Source: Octopus sinensis
Lineage: Eukaryota
Direction: 5' to 3'
DNA length: 64,000 nucleotides
NCBI RefSeq assembly: GCF_006345805.1
Contig: NC_042997.1
Location: 162,936,001 to 163,000,000, forward strand
The position numbers and the translations under genes were made by a program. A model generated the notes under the pieces. The model did not search any database, was not told the origin of the DNA, and saw nothing but the letters and a program-made list of their open reading frames with translations. Positions 36,269 through 49,216 of the stretch are shown one piece after another (within the stretch, counting starts at the first letter, position 1; each line of letters starts with the position of its first letter).

Positions 36269-38213
36269 CTGTTCAAGTAAACCCATATTACCATTTATAA
36301 TAAAATTACAATTAAACAATTTCTCTTCTTTTTTTTTCTTATTTTATTTTATTTCATTCTGTATCAAAAGTTTAACATTCAAACATTTGTCATTTAACAT
36401 AGATTGTTCAATATAATTTGCCAGCAGGAGATAAAATCTTTGTCTTTTTTAATACAAGTCCCAATATCTGAATTGCAATTATGATGGGGCCATGCCTCTT
36501 ATTACATCAATCACAGTACTTATTTTGTCTATTTCAGAAGGATGAAAGGCAAAGTCACCCGGAGAAGATTTGAATCAAAACAAAAAGAGTTATATTCAAA
36601 TTACTATAAAGTATTTTGTAGTATTTGGTTTACCAATTCTGCTATCCACCTACTAATGTGTAGAGAAGAGAGATCATAATGAAGACAAGAGAGTTGATAG
36701 AATCTTGGGGGATATCAATCTGTTCAGTAACGAACACAAATCCATCCTGACTACTTTTAACACTCCTCAACATCTCAAACTATTTAATCAAGCCAAACTT
36801 TCTTGTTTTCTACAAACTGTACATGGAACTCTTCCCTTGAACAACCCTTGTTCTTTGCCAAACAGCACTTCTCTTATAGTTATTTCACTCAAAATACATA
36901 ATATATTCTTCATGATTCTTCAATCTATTTTAGTCATCATAGTTAAAATCATTCAAAAACAGCATCTTCAAAGCTTTTTGTGCTATCTCAGTATATGCCA
37001 AAGAGTCCTATTCTTTAATTTTGCTTGTTTGTTTTTGTTTTGTTTTGTCTTTTGAATATTGAACAGTTTTAATTGCCAGGTCAATAAAATAATAGAGGCT
37101 AGTACAAACTAAAACTACAATGTAACCCAGGTTAATTTTGTTTTGCAGTAGATATTAACTCTTAAACAACAGATATCATCAGCTGATGTTTCATTAGAAA
37201 ACAGTGGACATCAATTGATGTTTCAACAAATTTACATGGATACAGCCACCAGCAATTGACATGCAAGCATCTACTTCATGTAAGTGGCTTTATTGATGGG
37301 AGAAATCAAATTGAAAATAGAAGATTTATATAATAATTTTTTCTGACTTTCCTTCAGCATCAGATGAGGTAGGTGATGATGTTGCTCTCAATAGCACAGA
37401 AGAAAGTGATACTTCAACTAGCTCTGGACAGAAAAAGTGCACTTATTTCTCTCTATTTGTAAATTTGTTTAATAACAATCAGGAATCTCAAATGAATTTA
37501 CGTTCAACAAGATGTGGTGCACCTGAGCACTGTATACAATAATTTCCTTATTATTATTATAAAGTGAATACTTTACAGCACTTTTCAATAATGAGATATA
37601 CATTTATGATTTTGCCTATACCTTGAACATTGAAAACAATCAAAATAAAGCTTCACATAGCAAAAATCAGGTAAATACAAAGTTTGACGAAATGTATGAT
37701 TTTTTTATGCCCTTTGTCCTTATTTTCATAATCTAAGAGAGTTAAAATATCATTTTCGTACTTTTTGCACTTATTTAAAGTGAAAATAAGTATAAAAATT
37801 ACCTGCAAGAAAAAAAAGTTTTTCTTTTTTTTCTCTTTTTTTTTTTTTTTACCTGTTGGGCACACATTCAGGCAACCCTTTCCGGCCAATTAAGCATTAA
37901 ACCCTTTTGATACCAACCCACCTGCAACCGCTCATGGTTCTGATGTTTTAATCTTTGTTACAAAGGACTTTAAATTAAAATGTTCCATCAAAAAGCATAT
38001 TGATTTCAAAAACCAGTTCAGTTATTTTTCTAAATTCTTTGTTATTCTCACAATTAAGTGAAACAAAGCAGTGTATTTTAACAGAAATATGATAACAAAA
38101 GTATTAAAACTGGAAATTGGATGTAAAGTTGAATGATTTTACTTTTTATGTGAATAATGTTTGTATGGCAAACCATGTAGCAAAGAGTGAACATTTGAAA
38201 TCAAGAAAATTAC

Positions 38214-38319
38214 CTTTAGTGGGATTTGACAGTTTGAATGAATCTGGCTGGAAAGGATTACATCCCATGACAACCATCCACCCGATTATCGAAACCATTT
38301 TGCTTGGACAAGATTTGAA
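38214..38319 (-). CDS. RALGPS: RalGPS exon, PH domain: FKSCPSKMVSIIGWMVVMGCNPFQPDSFKLSNPTK(G)
   Basis: Acceptor ttttattccag, donor gtaatt; phase 0 to 1; 106 nt. VSxIGWMV motif. Confidence 0.95.
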
Positions 38320-39438
38320 CTGGAATAAAAATAGGATTTTCCTTTTCATTTATTTGAAACTCTTTTGCAAGCATTCTCATATTTTGATTATGGAATGAGA
38401 TTATTTTTGATAACTTTATGGCTTTAAGTAGTTGTAGTGGTACTATATTTTACAACATACTAAACCAAGTACAACTTATCAGTGAGGTATCAATTTTAAT
38501 GTGAAGTCATTTTTAGTTATCCGAGTTTATTATAGTGACAACATATTTTGGTAATACAACTGAATGTAATATAATTGTACAATTATATAAATACGATTTA
38601 GGAAGAATGTGAATGCATTAAAAATTTGCTCAGAGAATACTAATGCCGAAATGGCTTGTATACTAATGCCGAAATGGCTTGTATACCATCACCTATAGAG
38701 TGCTGCCCCATTCCTTTTACAAAACACAGTAATTCTCAATGGCCCAATTCTTTTAGCTATAAATATATCCCATCCATAAACATATCTCACTACTGTAAAC
38801 AACTAACAACTGATAAGTATTTATAAAGATTTCAGTACTGAGCAACTAAAATCAAACTGATTCTCTGTTAATGACATGAAAATTGGGGTTTTCAATAAGT
38901 CACAGAAGTTTGAAACATTTTTTTTTTTTAACCTACAAGCAAAAGCAAGAATGATGTAGTAAATAAGTGAAAGGCTATAAAATGAGATATAACAGGCTTA
39001 GCTTCAATTCTTCAATAAATAAAACTTCTAATGAAAAGTGGAGCATTTTTTTGTTGTTACTGCTGTATATGTTTACAACAGTGTGATGGCTTTTTATTGA
39101 ATGGATTATTTTTAAAGATGTTAACTACTGAATTGTGACAGTAGGACAGCTATTTTTCAGTGTGGTAAATAAGAGTAAACAGTTATCTACCTTAGTCAGA
39201 GATAAGTCTTCACAGCTACCCTGATTTATATTTACTTGTGTAAAAGTCACACTATTTTATACTTGATTTTAAATGTAAAAAAACTGGGTTGCGATTTATA
39301 CACAGGATAAAGCTAAAACTATAAAGGGTAAAAATTTTGTTACCAAGATTTAAGACCAAATAAGGGGCGTGACTTTTACAAAAATACAGTATATCAAAAT
39401 AAAAAAAGTCCAAAACTAAATTTGATAAAATAACTTAC

Positions 39439-39531
39439 AGAAGCTCGTTCACTTCCTCGTAAAGATTTTGCTGGATAATAAATTAACGAGGAACCCCACA
39501 AGGCAACCCAGTACCGTGTCCATGATGACAC
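39439..39531 (-). CDS. RALGPS: RalGPS exon, PH domain: [31 protein letters not shown]
   Basis: Acceptor tttgttatag, donor gtaagt; phase 0 to 0; 93 nt. SWTxYW and YYxAKSL motifs. Confidence 0.96.
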
Positions 39532-41085
39532 CTATAACAAAGTTTTAAAAAAATGTTTAAATTTAACAAATTGTAACATAAAATTAGTTTTTTTTTTATT
39601 CAGTAATTTGAATTAATACTCAATTTGTTATAGTTAACGTTGTATGAATAACAATCACTTTAAATAACTGGAGAAGGGGAAAGTGATCAATAAAATAATG
39701 AAAAAAAAGTGATTTATAAAAAATATATATATAAATACTTAATGAAGAAGAATGAATGTCAGTAAAGTTTCACTTCAACAATGAAATCTTTAGAAAATAT
39801 ATACTATAACAACATTAAGACTATTGAAAATCTTGCTAGACGCAACGAAAATTTTACGAAAATAAAAATAAGTGGAAATTTTACCAGTAAGTGTGTTACA
39901 TTATAAGGCACGAAAAGAAAATGACTCTCCCCAGACACAACAGAGTATGCTTCAACACACGAACTCATATAAAGAATCTTGCAAACCAAATCCAAAAACG
40001 AAACATCTAAAGAGACTCCCTAAATTGAATCATTACAACAATAATTACTGTGATGCACGACTTACTGAAATAACAAAGACAATGACATAATAAAGTTGTT
40101 ACAACTAATATACAACTAATTTCATTATTACAGTTTTAGAGAACGTATTTTCTCTGCTATTTTACTAGAAGTACTTTAGACAGAGCTAAATGAGGGAGAT
40201 AACTTTGACTATTCTTTTAAGGTCAATGAACTAATAACCAGTCAAGTATTGCAAGGTTCAGCTAATCAACACTAAAACTTCTTTGGAAAGTTTGTCAACT
40301 CATGCAAATTCTAGTGATTATTTTTTAAATATATACGAAAAAATTTAAAACACAAAACATCACACCATTTATTTTTATTCATACTTATTTTTCTATAGAC
40401 TCAACTTGTGTGGACGTCGCCCATCTACATTGGGGAAAACTTGGAGTACAAAGGGAGGTAACTCCTAAGAAAATTAAATTTGTTGAGCTAACTTAGAACA
40501 AAGATCTCAGCACCAAACAAACGTATACTACAACATTCAACATTCTAATCAGTGAATGCAAATATTTGAAGATTTTGGAGGTTATCTAGTTCCTCTAAAC
40601 ACATTTATAGATGAAAAGAAAGATGAAGAAATTTTCTTTCCATCTATGATAATTCTTAAATATATCCAGTCATCTCTAAATTTAACTGTCTCAAAAGTAT
40701 TTCGTTTTGGGATTTGGTTAGAATATCTCAAAAGTGCTTGCTTCCTTAAATGTTATATAATATTTATATGAACATATTACAGTTGCTGCAAACACCAAAC
40801 ACTAGCTCGTTTACATTAGAATTATTAAAGATACATCAATTTTTCTCCAGATATGTATATTTTCTCTTTTTTCCAAAAACTTATTGTTAGCAAGCTATTA
40901 AATAAGTAACTATTTTCCAACACAGCATTAGAAAATATTTCTAAATGCCAAAATGAAAAAACTCCAAGTCAATAACCAAAACTATGTATATACAATTTCC
41001 ATTAAAACATAGCAGGAAAAAGCACAAAAATAACCCAAAACATGAGGAATTAATTACATTCAATAGTTAATACCAATATGATTAC

Positions 41086-41475
41086 TTATTCTTTTATTTG
41101 TTTCAGTCATTTAACTGCTGCCATGTTGGAGTACCACCTTTTAGTCAAACAATTCGACCACAGGACATTCTTTGTAAATATAATACATATTCTATCAGTG
41201 TCTTTTGCCGAACCACTAAGTTACAGAGATGTAAACACACCAACATCAGTTGTCAAGTGATGGTGGAGGGACAAACACAGAAACACAAACATGTACATGT
41301 ATATATATATATATAAGGCTTCTTTCAGTTTCCGTCAACCAAATTCACTCAGAAAGCTTTGGTCGGCACCAGCATATAGTAGAAGACACTTGCCCAAGGT
41401 GCCATGCAGTGGGACTGAACCTGGAACCATGTGATTGGTAAGTAAGCTACTCAACACACAGCCACTCCTGTGCCT
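41086..41475 (-). mobile_element. Full-length SINE family A
   Basis: Same head, CORE-like block and tail as 18908-19380. Confidence 0.9.
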
Positions 41476-41545
41476 ATGGTTATTCTTTTTGCACACAAAT
41501 TCAACACTTTAGCAATGAGTCTTATAACATATGAACACAACTTAC

Positions 41546-41648
41546 AGTAGGTTTCTTTCCCTCTTTGAGCAACGTTTTACGTCGTAAGCACCCTTCATAT
41601 GTGAAATTTGTTTCAAATTTATCATGCGTGTCTTCAGAGCCACGGGTT
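41546..41648 (-). CDS. RALGPS: RalGPS exon, PH domain start: TRGSEDTHDKFETNFTYEGCLRRKTLLKEGKKPT
   Basis: Acceptor aatttccag, donor gtaagt; phase 2 to 0; 103 nt. LRRKTLLKEGKKPT matches the RalGPS PH motif. Confidence 0.96.
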
Positions 41649-42339
41649 CTGGAAATTATGAAAATACTTTAGAATTTAATAAAAGACAAAAATAAAATGC
41701 AATCTGCAGATTTAATAACTAGAGTAGTGGTTCTATTTTTGCTTTGTAGTCCTCCCTGCAAAGTTGTTATGCCTAGCACTCACCTAAGTGGCAAGTAAGG
41801 TATCAGGATTAAACTAACATAACATGAATGATTATTTATATATTTTACACTAAAAATGGATTGTGTAAGCTTTTAACAGTGAAATGAAAAGAAAATTAGA
41901 GAAACAGTTGTAAATTTACTTTATACATTGCAAGTTAATGACTTCCTTATACCTGATGAGATCTCATTTTATTTAAATAACCATTACTAGTTTTATCATG
42001 TATAATATAATTACTACTATAGGTAAAAATTTAGCATGTTAATTATGTTACCTCACTGCCCCTAAAGCTTAAAGCCCTCTTCAGCATGCCCAGTGATCTC
42101 CTTGGGTGGGGGGTACTGCCCACATTGAAAGCCTCTGAACTAGAGGGTAATAAGTACAGCCAAACATCACTTACAAGCAGGTATGACTTGGTAACAAAAA
42201 ACAGGTTTCCGTAACTTGTTTTTGGTACCTAAGAAGTTACAAACGTATATAGATACCATCTTGGCCCCTTGGCCTTAACTGATAAGAATACCCAGAATGT
42301 GACAACAGGAAAGAGAAAGGCTGCACCTACACACTGGTT

Positions 42340-42725
42340 GGTACTCAATACAGCTGAGTAGACTGGAGCAATGTAGAATGAAGTACCTTGCTCAAGGCCA
42401 CAATGTGCAGCCCAGTCACGGAATTAAACCTACAACCTTATAATTGTAAGCTAAATACCTATTTCTTTACTACCCACAAGGGGCTAAACACAGAGGGGAC
42501 AAACAAGGACAGACAAACGGATTAAATCAATTACATTGACCCCAGTGCATAACTGGTACTTAATTTATCAACCCCGAAAGGATGAAAGGCAAAGGTGACC
42601 TCAGCGGAATTTGAACTCAGAACGTAACGGCAGATGAAATATGGCTATGCATTTTGGCCGGTGTGCTAACATTTCTGCCAGCTCACTGCCTTATATAATT
42701 GTATGTTAAATACCTTAACCACTAG
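42340..42725 (-). mobile_element. SINE C copy containing a SINE B insertion (42460-42694) with a 20-bp TSD
   Basis: ATAATTGTAAGCTAAATACC (42440-42459) versus ATAATTGTATGTTAAATACC (42695-42714), 18/20 identical. Confidence 0.88.
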
Positions 42726-42924
42726 AGAATAACTATTGCTGCAATAATTAATTACATGGGAGCGGCGTTACATTTCAGTTATAAAATCATTAAAACAAAA
42801 GGAAAACATTGTTGCTAAAACTTTACATTAAAATAATTAGAACTGTAGAAAGATGGTAGTAGAGTCTTTATTACAAACAAATTGCTGATTATGAAGCAAA
42901 ATTGTAATGGTTGCCAATGCTTAC

Positions 42925-42991
42925 CTTTCAATAGCTGGCCAAAAAGAATCTGGCTCAAGATTACATGTGAATGTGATATCACGATCAAAAG
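42925..42991 (-). CDS. RALGPS: RalGPS exon: (A)FDRDITFTCNLEPDSFWPAIE(R)
   Basis: Acceptor ttgttcttgtag, donor gtaagc; phase 1 to 2, bridging the neighbouring exons exactly; 67 nt. WPAIER resembles human RalGPS2 WPAFER. Confidence 0.88.
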
Positions 42992-43896
42992 CTACAAGAA
43001 CAAAAGAGTATATATTAAAAAATAAAGTTTTTCTGAAAATTTGGCACAATAAATTTGTTATATACTGACAGCAAATGAGAAACATTCCATCAATTTTGTA
43101 TCTGTGTATGTGTGAGTGTGTACATGCGCGCTTGTGTGTAAAATAACATTTAAACAACATGTTATATTTTGGTAAAATACTATATTGTTAGTCAGACGCA
43201 TTGACTAGATTTAAACAAAAATTGTCATCTTTTGACAAGGGACTAAGCCTCTCATTGCAGTGGAGGGATAGACTTGATTGAAATCAAGGCTAGTATATTA
43301 TTCATATTTTATTAACCCTAAAAAGATAAAAGGTAAAGTTGACTGCAGGATATAGAGAAATAAAACTAAATACTTTAGTTCCAGCAATTCAATGCTTGAT
43401 TTAATTAGGCATTGAGAGAAACACTATTAGTCAAAATTATAACAAAAGAAATTCAGAGTAAGAAATATTTATACGGGAAGCCAAATACGGCTAAAAGCTT
43501 AGATCCTAACCAAGTAAAACTGTTAGAAAAAGTTTCTTTTAATGATTTTGAAATTGTCTTCAAATATTTTAAAATTTATGTGAATGCAGATATGCATTAT
43601 AAATTCACGTGCAAGGGTGTATATGCCTGCAGGGTAGTTGTAACTGTTGATATGTGGAGAGGTAAGTACATAACAAATGTGTAGGAAATCAATGCAAGTA
43701 TTTGAGACTACCATATTTGCATTCAAATACATATGCGCATACAATGCAATATGCTACACAGTGGTGTGTGTGTGTGTGATAAAATACATAAATTTTAGGA
43801 GAACTTAATGGCGAACTTGGAGGAAAATGTATGTGTACATGTTGTGGCCATTTGCAACTAAATTCTACAAAATTTAATATTTCAAAAATAACTTAC

Positions 43897-44054
43897 CTGT
43901 CAATTTCCCTGACATGGAACCTTCATTCGAGGCACATGGTGACTCTTCTAAAACACTGTCATCCAGCAGATGTCGAATGCCTTGCACATATGGTGCAGTA
44001 GTGCGTGACGGTAGACTGAAGGCTTTCTCATGAGGGTGAGTACAGCTCATGAAG
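43897..44054 (-). CDS. RALGPS: RalGPS exon: FMSCTHPHEKAFSLPSRTTAPYVQGIRHLLDDSVLEESPCASNEGSMSGKLT
   Basis: Acceptor gtgttacag, donor gtaagt; phase 2 to 1; 158 nt. Contains the conserved RHLLDDSV motif. Confidence 0.93.
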
Positions 44055-44513
44055 CTGTAACACAAATAGGAGCTATGAGGAGGAAAGCAAGGAAAGTGGG
44101 GGGTAGTTATGAGAGCAACAGGGTTAAAAATTGGCACCAGAGCTGTTTTGCACTGGATACTGACTTCATAGACTTACCTGTGACCAATACAAGCAGGTGG
44201 AATCAACATTATGACACCATGTCATAGAGAAACCCACCATATCAGTCGTTGATAGTTACAATAATGTCAACATTTTAATACAAATAGAGTCAACATATCA
44301 AGTGAAAGAAAAAGTCACTATAGTACACCACTATTAGTCCATATAGAGTGAATCGCCTTAACAACAATCATCATTATATCCATGCTGGCATAGAGTGTGA
44401 TGATCTGGTCAACCTAAGTCTGTTATTATTCAGAGTTACTTCCCTTATAAAAATAAATGAAAAGAGTCGTCCTAAATGGTAAAGTCGCTAGTGTAGCTGG
44501 GAGGAGGTATGGG

Positions 44514-44914
44514 GGATCTTTTCGGTTTGAACGGCAGTTTTTTCTAGCAGTGTCATATGAAATTGTCACCCGTAATTATGACCCTAGTATCGATCTATTG
44601 TATTTCAATCTGTTTTAAGGTTAGGGGTGGGGAGAAGAGTATCTTTTTTTTCTTCACAAATGTAAATAAACCCAATCTGTTTCTTAAACGAGGGACATAT
44701 TCATACGGCACAGAATGTTTTTACCTCAGTGATTGGTTGAAATTGCAGAAATTGAAGAAAAAAAACAACAAATATCTTACAAACTATAGAATTTTCTCAA
44801 TAAAGCCAAGAGGAAAAGATGTTTTATAAACACATTCTACTAGTATACGAAGTTTTAAATTTTTTAGTTACCTAGAAATTATGTTAAAAACTGCCGTTCA
44901 AACCGAAAAGATCC
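44514..44914. mobile_element. 401-bp MITE with about 30-bp TIRs and 8-bp TSD (Merlin-like)
   Basis: TIR GGATCTTTTCGGTTTGAACGGCAGTTTTT at both ends; TSD GGTATGGG / GGTACGGG. A 5'-GG TIR with an 8-bp TSD fits Merlin better than hAT. Confidence 0.8.
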
Positions 44915-45084
44915 GGTACGGGTGACACTTCTGGGTCTATTATAGGCAATGTGTTTTTTGTAGGAGCCAGGGGCGGCAAACGTAATGGCCACCTCTAGCG
45001 GCACACACTTCAGCTCCCCTAGTGGGTACAGCCAATTTTTGGCATGGTATCTATAGTCACGTAACACCAACCACTTTACAGAAT

Positions 45085-45420
45085 GTCATCATCATCATCA
45101 TCGTTTAACGTCCGTTTTCCGCGCTAGCACGGGTTGGACGGTTCGACCGGGGTCTGGGAAGCCAGGGGCTGCTCCAGGCTCCAGTCTGATCTGGCAGAGT
45201 TTCTACAGCTGGATGCCCTTCCTAACGCCAACCACTCCGCGGGTGTAGTGGGTGCTTTTTACGTGCCACCTGCACAGGTGCCAGGGGGGTCCGGCATTGG
45301 CCACGATTGGTTGGAGCTTTTAACGTGCCACTGGCATGGAAGCCAGCCATGGCAGCGCTGGCAACGTCCACGTTCGGATGGTGCTTTTTATGTGCCACCG
45401 GCACAGAAGCCAGTCAGGGC
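45085..45420 (-). mobile_element. Retroposon 3' module, same family as 32590-32930
   Basis: (CAT)n-CGTTTAACGTCC start and the same subrepeats, inverted. Confidence 0.8.
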
Positions 45421-45732
45421 GGCGAAGCATTTTAAAAAAGGAAACAGCACTAGAGAGGTTGTCATGCACTTGGCAAATCTAAAGAGTCCAGTGTATTCTA
45501 CATTATTGTGACTGTCTGTGAAAGATTGTTGAATTAAGCACTCATTGCTTTCATAAGCACATGAAACACGAGTCTAATTGAATAGCTGTCAACTATAATA
45601 TAAACTAACAGCTTCTGGCACCCAATTTCACTTACAAAGAGCTGATTGATGAGACACTATGGTAAAAGGCCCTTACCCGATATGTGACAAGGTTATTAAA
45701 CCAGAGACCTCATGATGGCAAAGCAATATTGT

Positions 45733-45766
<34 letters not shown>

Positions 45767-46440
45767 TGAAAGAGAGAGAGGGTCCTGTTAATGCATCTGG
45801 ATTATCCCATACAAAGTGAACTTAATACTAAATTGATATATATAGACAGGGAGAACCACCATATATATCTGTGCTTGCAGGTAAAAGATACTGCATTCTT
45901 CCTTTTTTTTGTCACAATGCTGCAGTTCTTTCCTTACGAAGTAGAGTAGCTAGTCAATGAAATTTATTTCAGTGTTTCACTGGAACTTATTCCATTTATC
46001 TTGCTCCTTCCAGAAGTATGGAAATAATTCTTTCAAATACAGGCACACAGCCTGAAATTTTGTGGTAAGAAGTTAGATTATATTGACTCCAGGGTGTAAC
46101 TTGTACTTTAACACTCCACCCCACCCCCACCATCATCTTTGCCCAGACGAAAAGCAAAGCCGACCCCTTCAAGATATGCGCTCAGAATGCAAAGATGCTC
46201 CAATAATTCTACCAGATAGAAAGATAGATAGATCTATCGGTAATGTAAAAATATTTTTAAATGTTTCTAAGAAATAGCATTTTAAACAGAAATCACAATG
46301 TCACATGTTCAAACTCTTGATTACTAATTACAAGGCAACAATAGCAACCAGAAGGCCAATAATGAAAGGTATTCCAACCATGAACATCCATCTCTTTTTA
46401 CCTTTCCAGGCAATGTGTCTAGGTCTATATTAATCCAAAA

Positions 46441-46493
<53 letters not shown>

Positions 46494-47050
46494 ACATCTA
46501 AAAATTGTGTTAGGGTGTGATTTGAGTGAGATTTATTTTGTTACTATTTCTGGCATGAAGGCTCTTTCATTGCATAAAAAGATTACTAGATATCTGACCA
46601 TAGTTATGCATATAAATAGTACTAATCAATATAACTGCATATGTTAATGTAACTCATTACAGGACAAACTATTTAAGTAACTTAGAGTATTGGAGAATGA
46701 AAGTATGTTTAATGTGTGAATGCACAAGTGTATACTGGATACAGACTGGTATAAATTCATTATAGTCAGATATGTTGAAAGAAATGAGTTTTGCTTGTAA
46801 AGTCCAGCAAATGAGAGTTTTACACTTCTGACCCTCAGTTACCTGATTACTGAAAACCTGAAACTGGTAGTTGTAACTAGAGAAGTTTTGACATCATCAA
46901 TATCATTATTTAACATCTGCTTTCCAATCTGCCATGGGTTAGACAGCTTCACTGGAACTGGTAAGCCGGAAAGCTGCACTAGGTTCCAATCTGAATTTGG
47001 CTTGGTTTCTACAGATGGATGCCCTTCCTAATGCCAACCACTCAAAGTGT

Positions 47051-47098
<48 letters not shown>

Positions 47099-48804
47099 TT
47101 TTTGTTGAAGAACACCACCTCTTTAATGCTACTGACATGATAAAATGATAGTAACAGCACACAAAGTGAGTAGTGCAAGAAGGATGTCCAGTCATAAAGT
47201 TAAAAGCATGACATACACAAAAAAGGTTGCTGTTTTTCTTTGTTGCTAAGTGTCCCAGGTGAAGAGGTAGCAGAACAAGAAATGAAATGGTGTGAGACCA
47301 ATGCCAACATGCCAAAGGTGGTACTCCAGCATGGTTGCAGTCAAATGACTGAAAAGAGTGTGCAAAAAAAAAAAAAAACAGATGTATGATGATGTTAATG
47401 TTGTATACAAGACCTATTTTATCACAAACGGAACAGCCCAATAAGGTCTCTGCAATGCTGAAAACTTATCAAAGAATAGTAATCAATTAAACTAATGAAT
47501 CAGCCATTACCTGAGGCGTGTCACTGAATGTGGCAGATGGCCAATGAAACTGACTGCTGGATTACCAAAAGAAATGTCAAGGATTTGTTTCTAATCACTG
47601 ATGGCTATACCATGCCCATAATCAATACACTTAACTATCACTCATTCATTCCATCTGCTAGAAAAGAGATACCTGTAGCGTGTACAAACTATTGCTATGC
47701 ATGGGGAGCAGTGCATGACTAACATATGTTTTGTTAGCTAACAGAGCTAAGATCTTGTATGAGCCAGTAGAAAATAATGGCAATCAATCCCAATGTACTC
47801 TTTAATAAATATTTTAATGGAACATCTGAAATGTGGGAGGGAGTTGAATCAAAAATTCATTTACAACTTAAATGTGGTTTTTTAATGTACATCAACTACT
47901 GCTCATTTCAATAATTAAAAGTATTACTTTCTATCCCATAGAAATGCCCTTCTCAAATATAAATATTGGGAAATATTAAAACTAATTTGAGCACTACAGC
48001 ATGAATTTCAGTTTAAGATATCCGAATGGCTATCTTCGAAAAACTTGTTTGTTCATGTTCATTATATTACAAATCATTATGTCATCAGTTTATGTCTACT
48101 TTTCTATATTGGCATAGGTTGGGTAGGTCACTACAGTCCAAGTCAGTCCTTATTCAGAGGTCCTGATTTCTTAAGGAAAGGGATCACACACAAAAAAGAG
48201 GAAAGGAAAAAGACAAAAAAAAAGAGAGAGAGAGAGAGAGAGATTTAGAGCAGACTATATGCTGTTGAGGAAGAAGAGTAAGAAGAACAGAGAAAAGATA
48301 GATTCCTGATAAAAGAGAGAGACACATAGTAACACAAACTACACAGAAAGTGAAAAACAAACATATGCAACTAATAGACAAGAGAGCATTATTAAATACT
48401 GTTCTATTTTTGTCCGTTACTTATGTTTTTATAGTATGACATGGCTGAAATTTTATTTTAATAATAGTAATAGGTAAAACTATTATGTAATATTCGTTTT
48501 CAAATTTTGGGGAGCAATTTCGTGGGAGGGGGTTAAATCAATTACATTGATCCCAGTGTACTCTGAAAGTACGAAAGGCAAAGCTGACCCGGGCAGAATT
48601 TGAACTCAGAACATAAAGACAAATGAAATGCCACAAAGCATTTTATCCAACATGCTAACGATTCTGCCAATTCACCATCTTTAAAGCAGAAAACAGCGTG
48701 TTGGATTGCATCATTATCAAAAGCATATGGTGTTCCCTTGAATTTAATTTTGTAATATAAAAACAAAACTGATATCAAAATCTTATTTATTGAAAATGAC
48801 TTAC

Positions 48805-48990
48805 TTTGCTCCTAAACTTTTACATTTCCGATGTCCTGGATTGAATTTCATTTGAGGAGCAGAACCTGGACTTAAGATGTTTGTACACCTTGGCTCTGTA
48901 GCTGGGGAGGAGGGTAGCGCAGAAACATCTTCACGAGAAGAGGATAAAGGTGACTGGCCTTGACTAGGTGGTTCTAACTTGAGAGATAAT
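48805..48990 (-). CDS. RALGPS: RalGPS exon, Pro/Ser linker: LSLKLEPPSQGQSPLSSSREDVSALPSSPATEPR...PGHRKCKSLGA(N)
   Basis: Acceptor ttttcttttcag, donor gtaagt; phase 2 to 2; 186 nt. LSLKxEP and GHRKCxSLG are RalGPS motifs; PSSP may be the SH3-binding PxxP. Confidence 0.95.
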
Positions 48991-49216
48991 CTGAAAAGAA
49001 AACATTTTAAAGCTTCATTAAAATGCATACATAAAAAAGACAAAAAAAAACTAAGTAATCAGCAATAATCATGAAAATGTTAGAACTCATTTAATTTGTT
49101 TAGATTGTATTTTAAACTAAACTTTAAAAAAACAATCAAAACAAATATGTAGCTCTTAATCAATAAGAGGTGATGGTGGTAGAATCAGCAGAGGAGGAGA
49201 ATGAGGAGGACTATAA

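Noticed and set aside
38638-38686. 23-bp exact tandem duplication
   Set aside because: Ordinary local slippage in an intron.
40382-40464. Exon-like GC island with acceptor ttttcttag (ELPPFVLQVFPNVDGRRPHKLSL*)
   Set aside because: In phase 0 it stops inside the PH domain and has no homology I recognise. At most a poison exon; no support without reads.
44178-44250. Consensus donor CAG|GTAAGT upstream of exon 44054
   Set aside because: The required phase-2 frame hits TGA with no acceptor, and exons 48805 and 44054 already join as conserved SLGAN-F.
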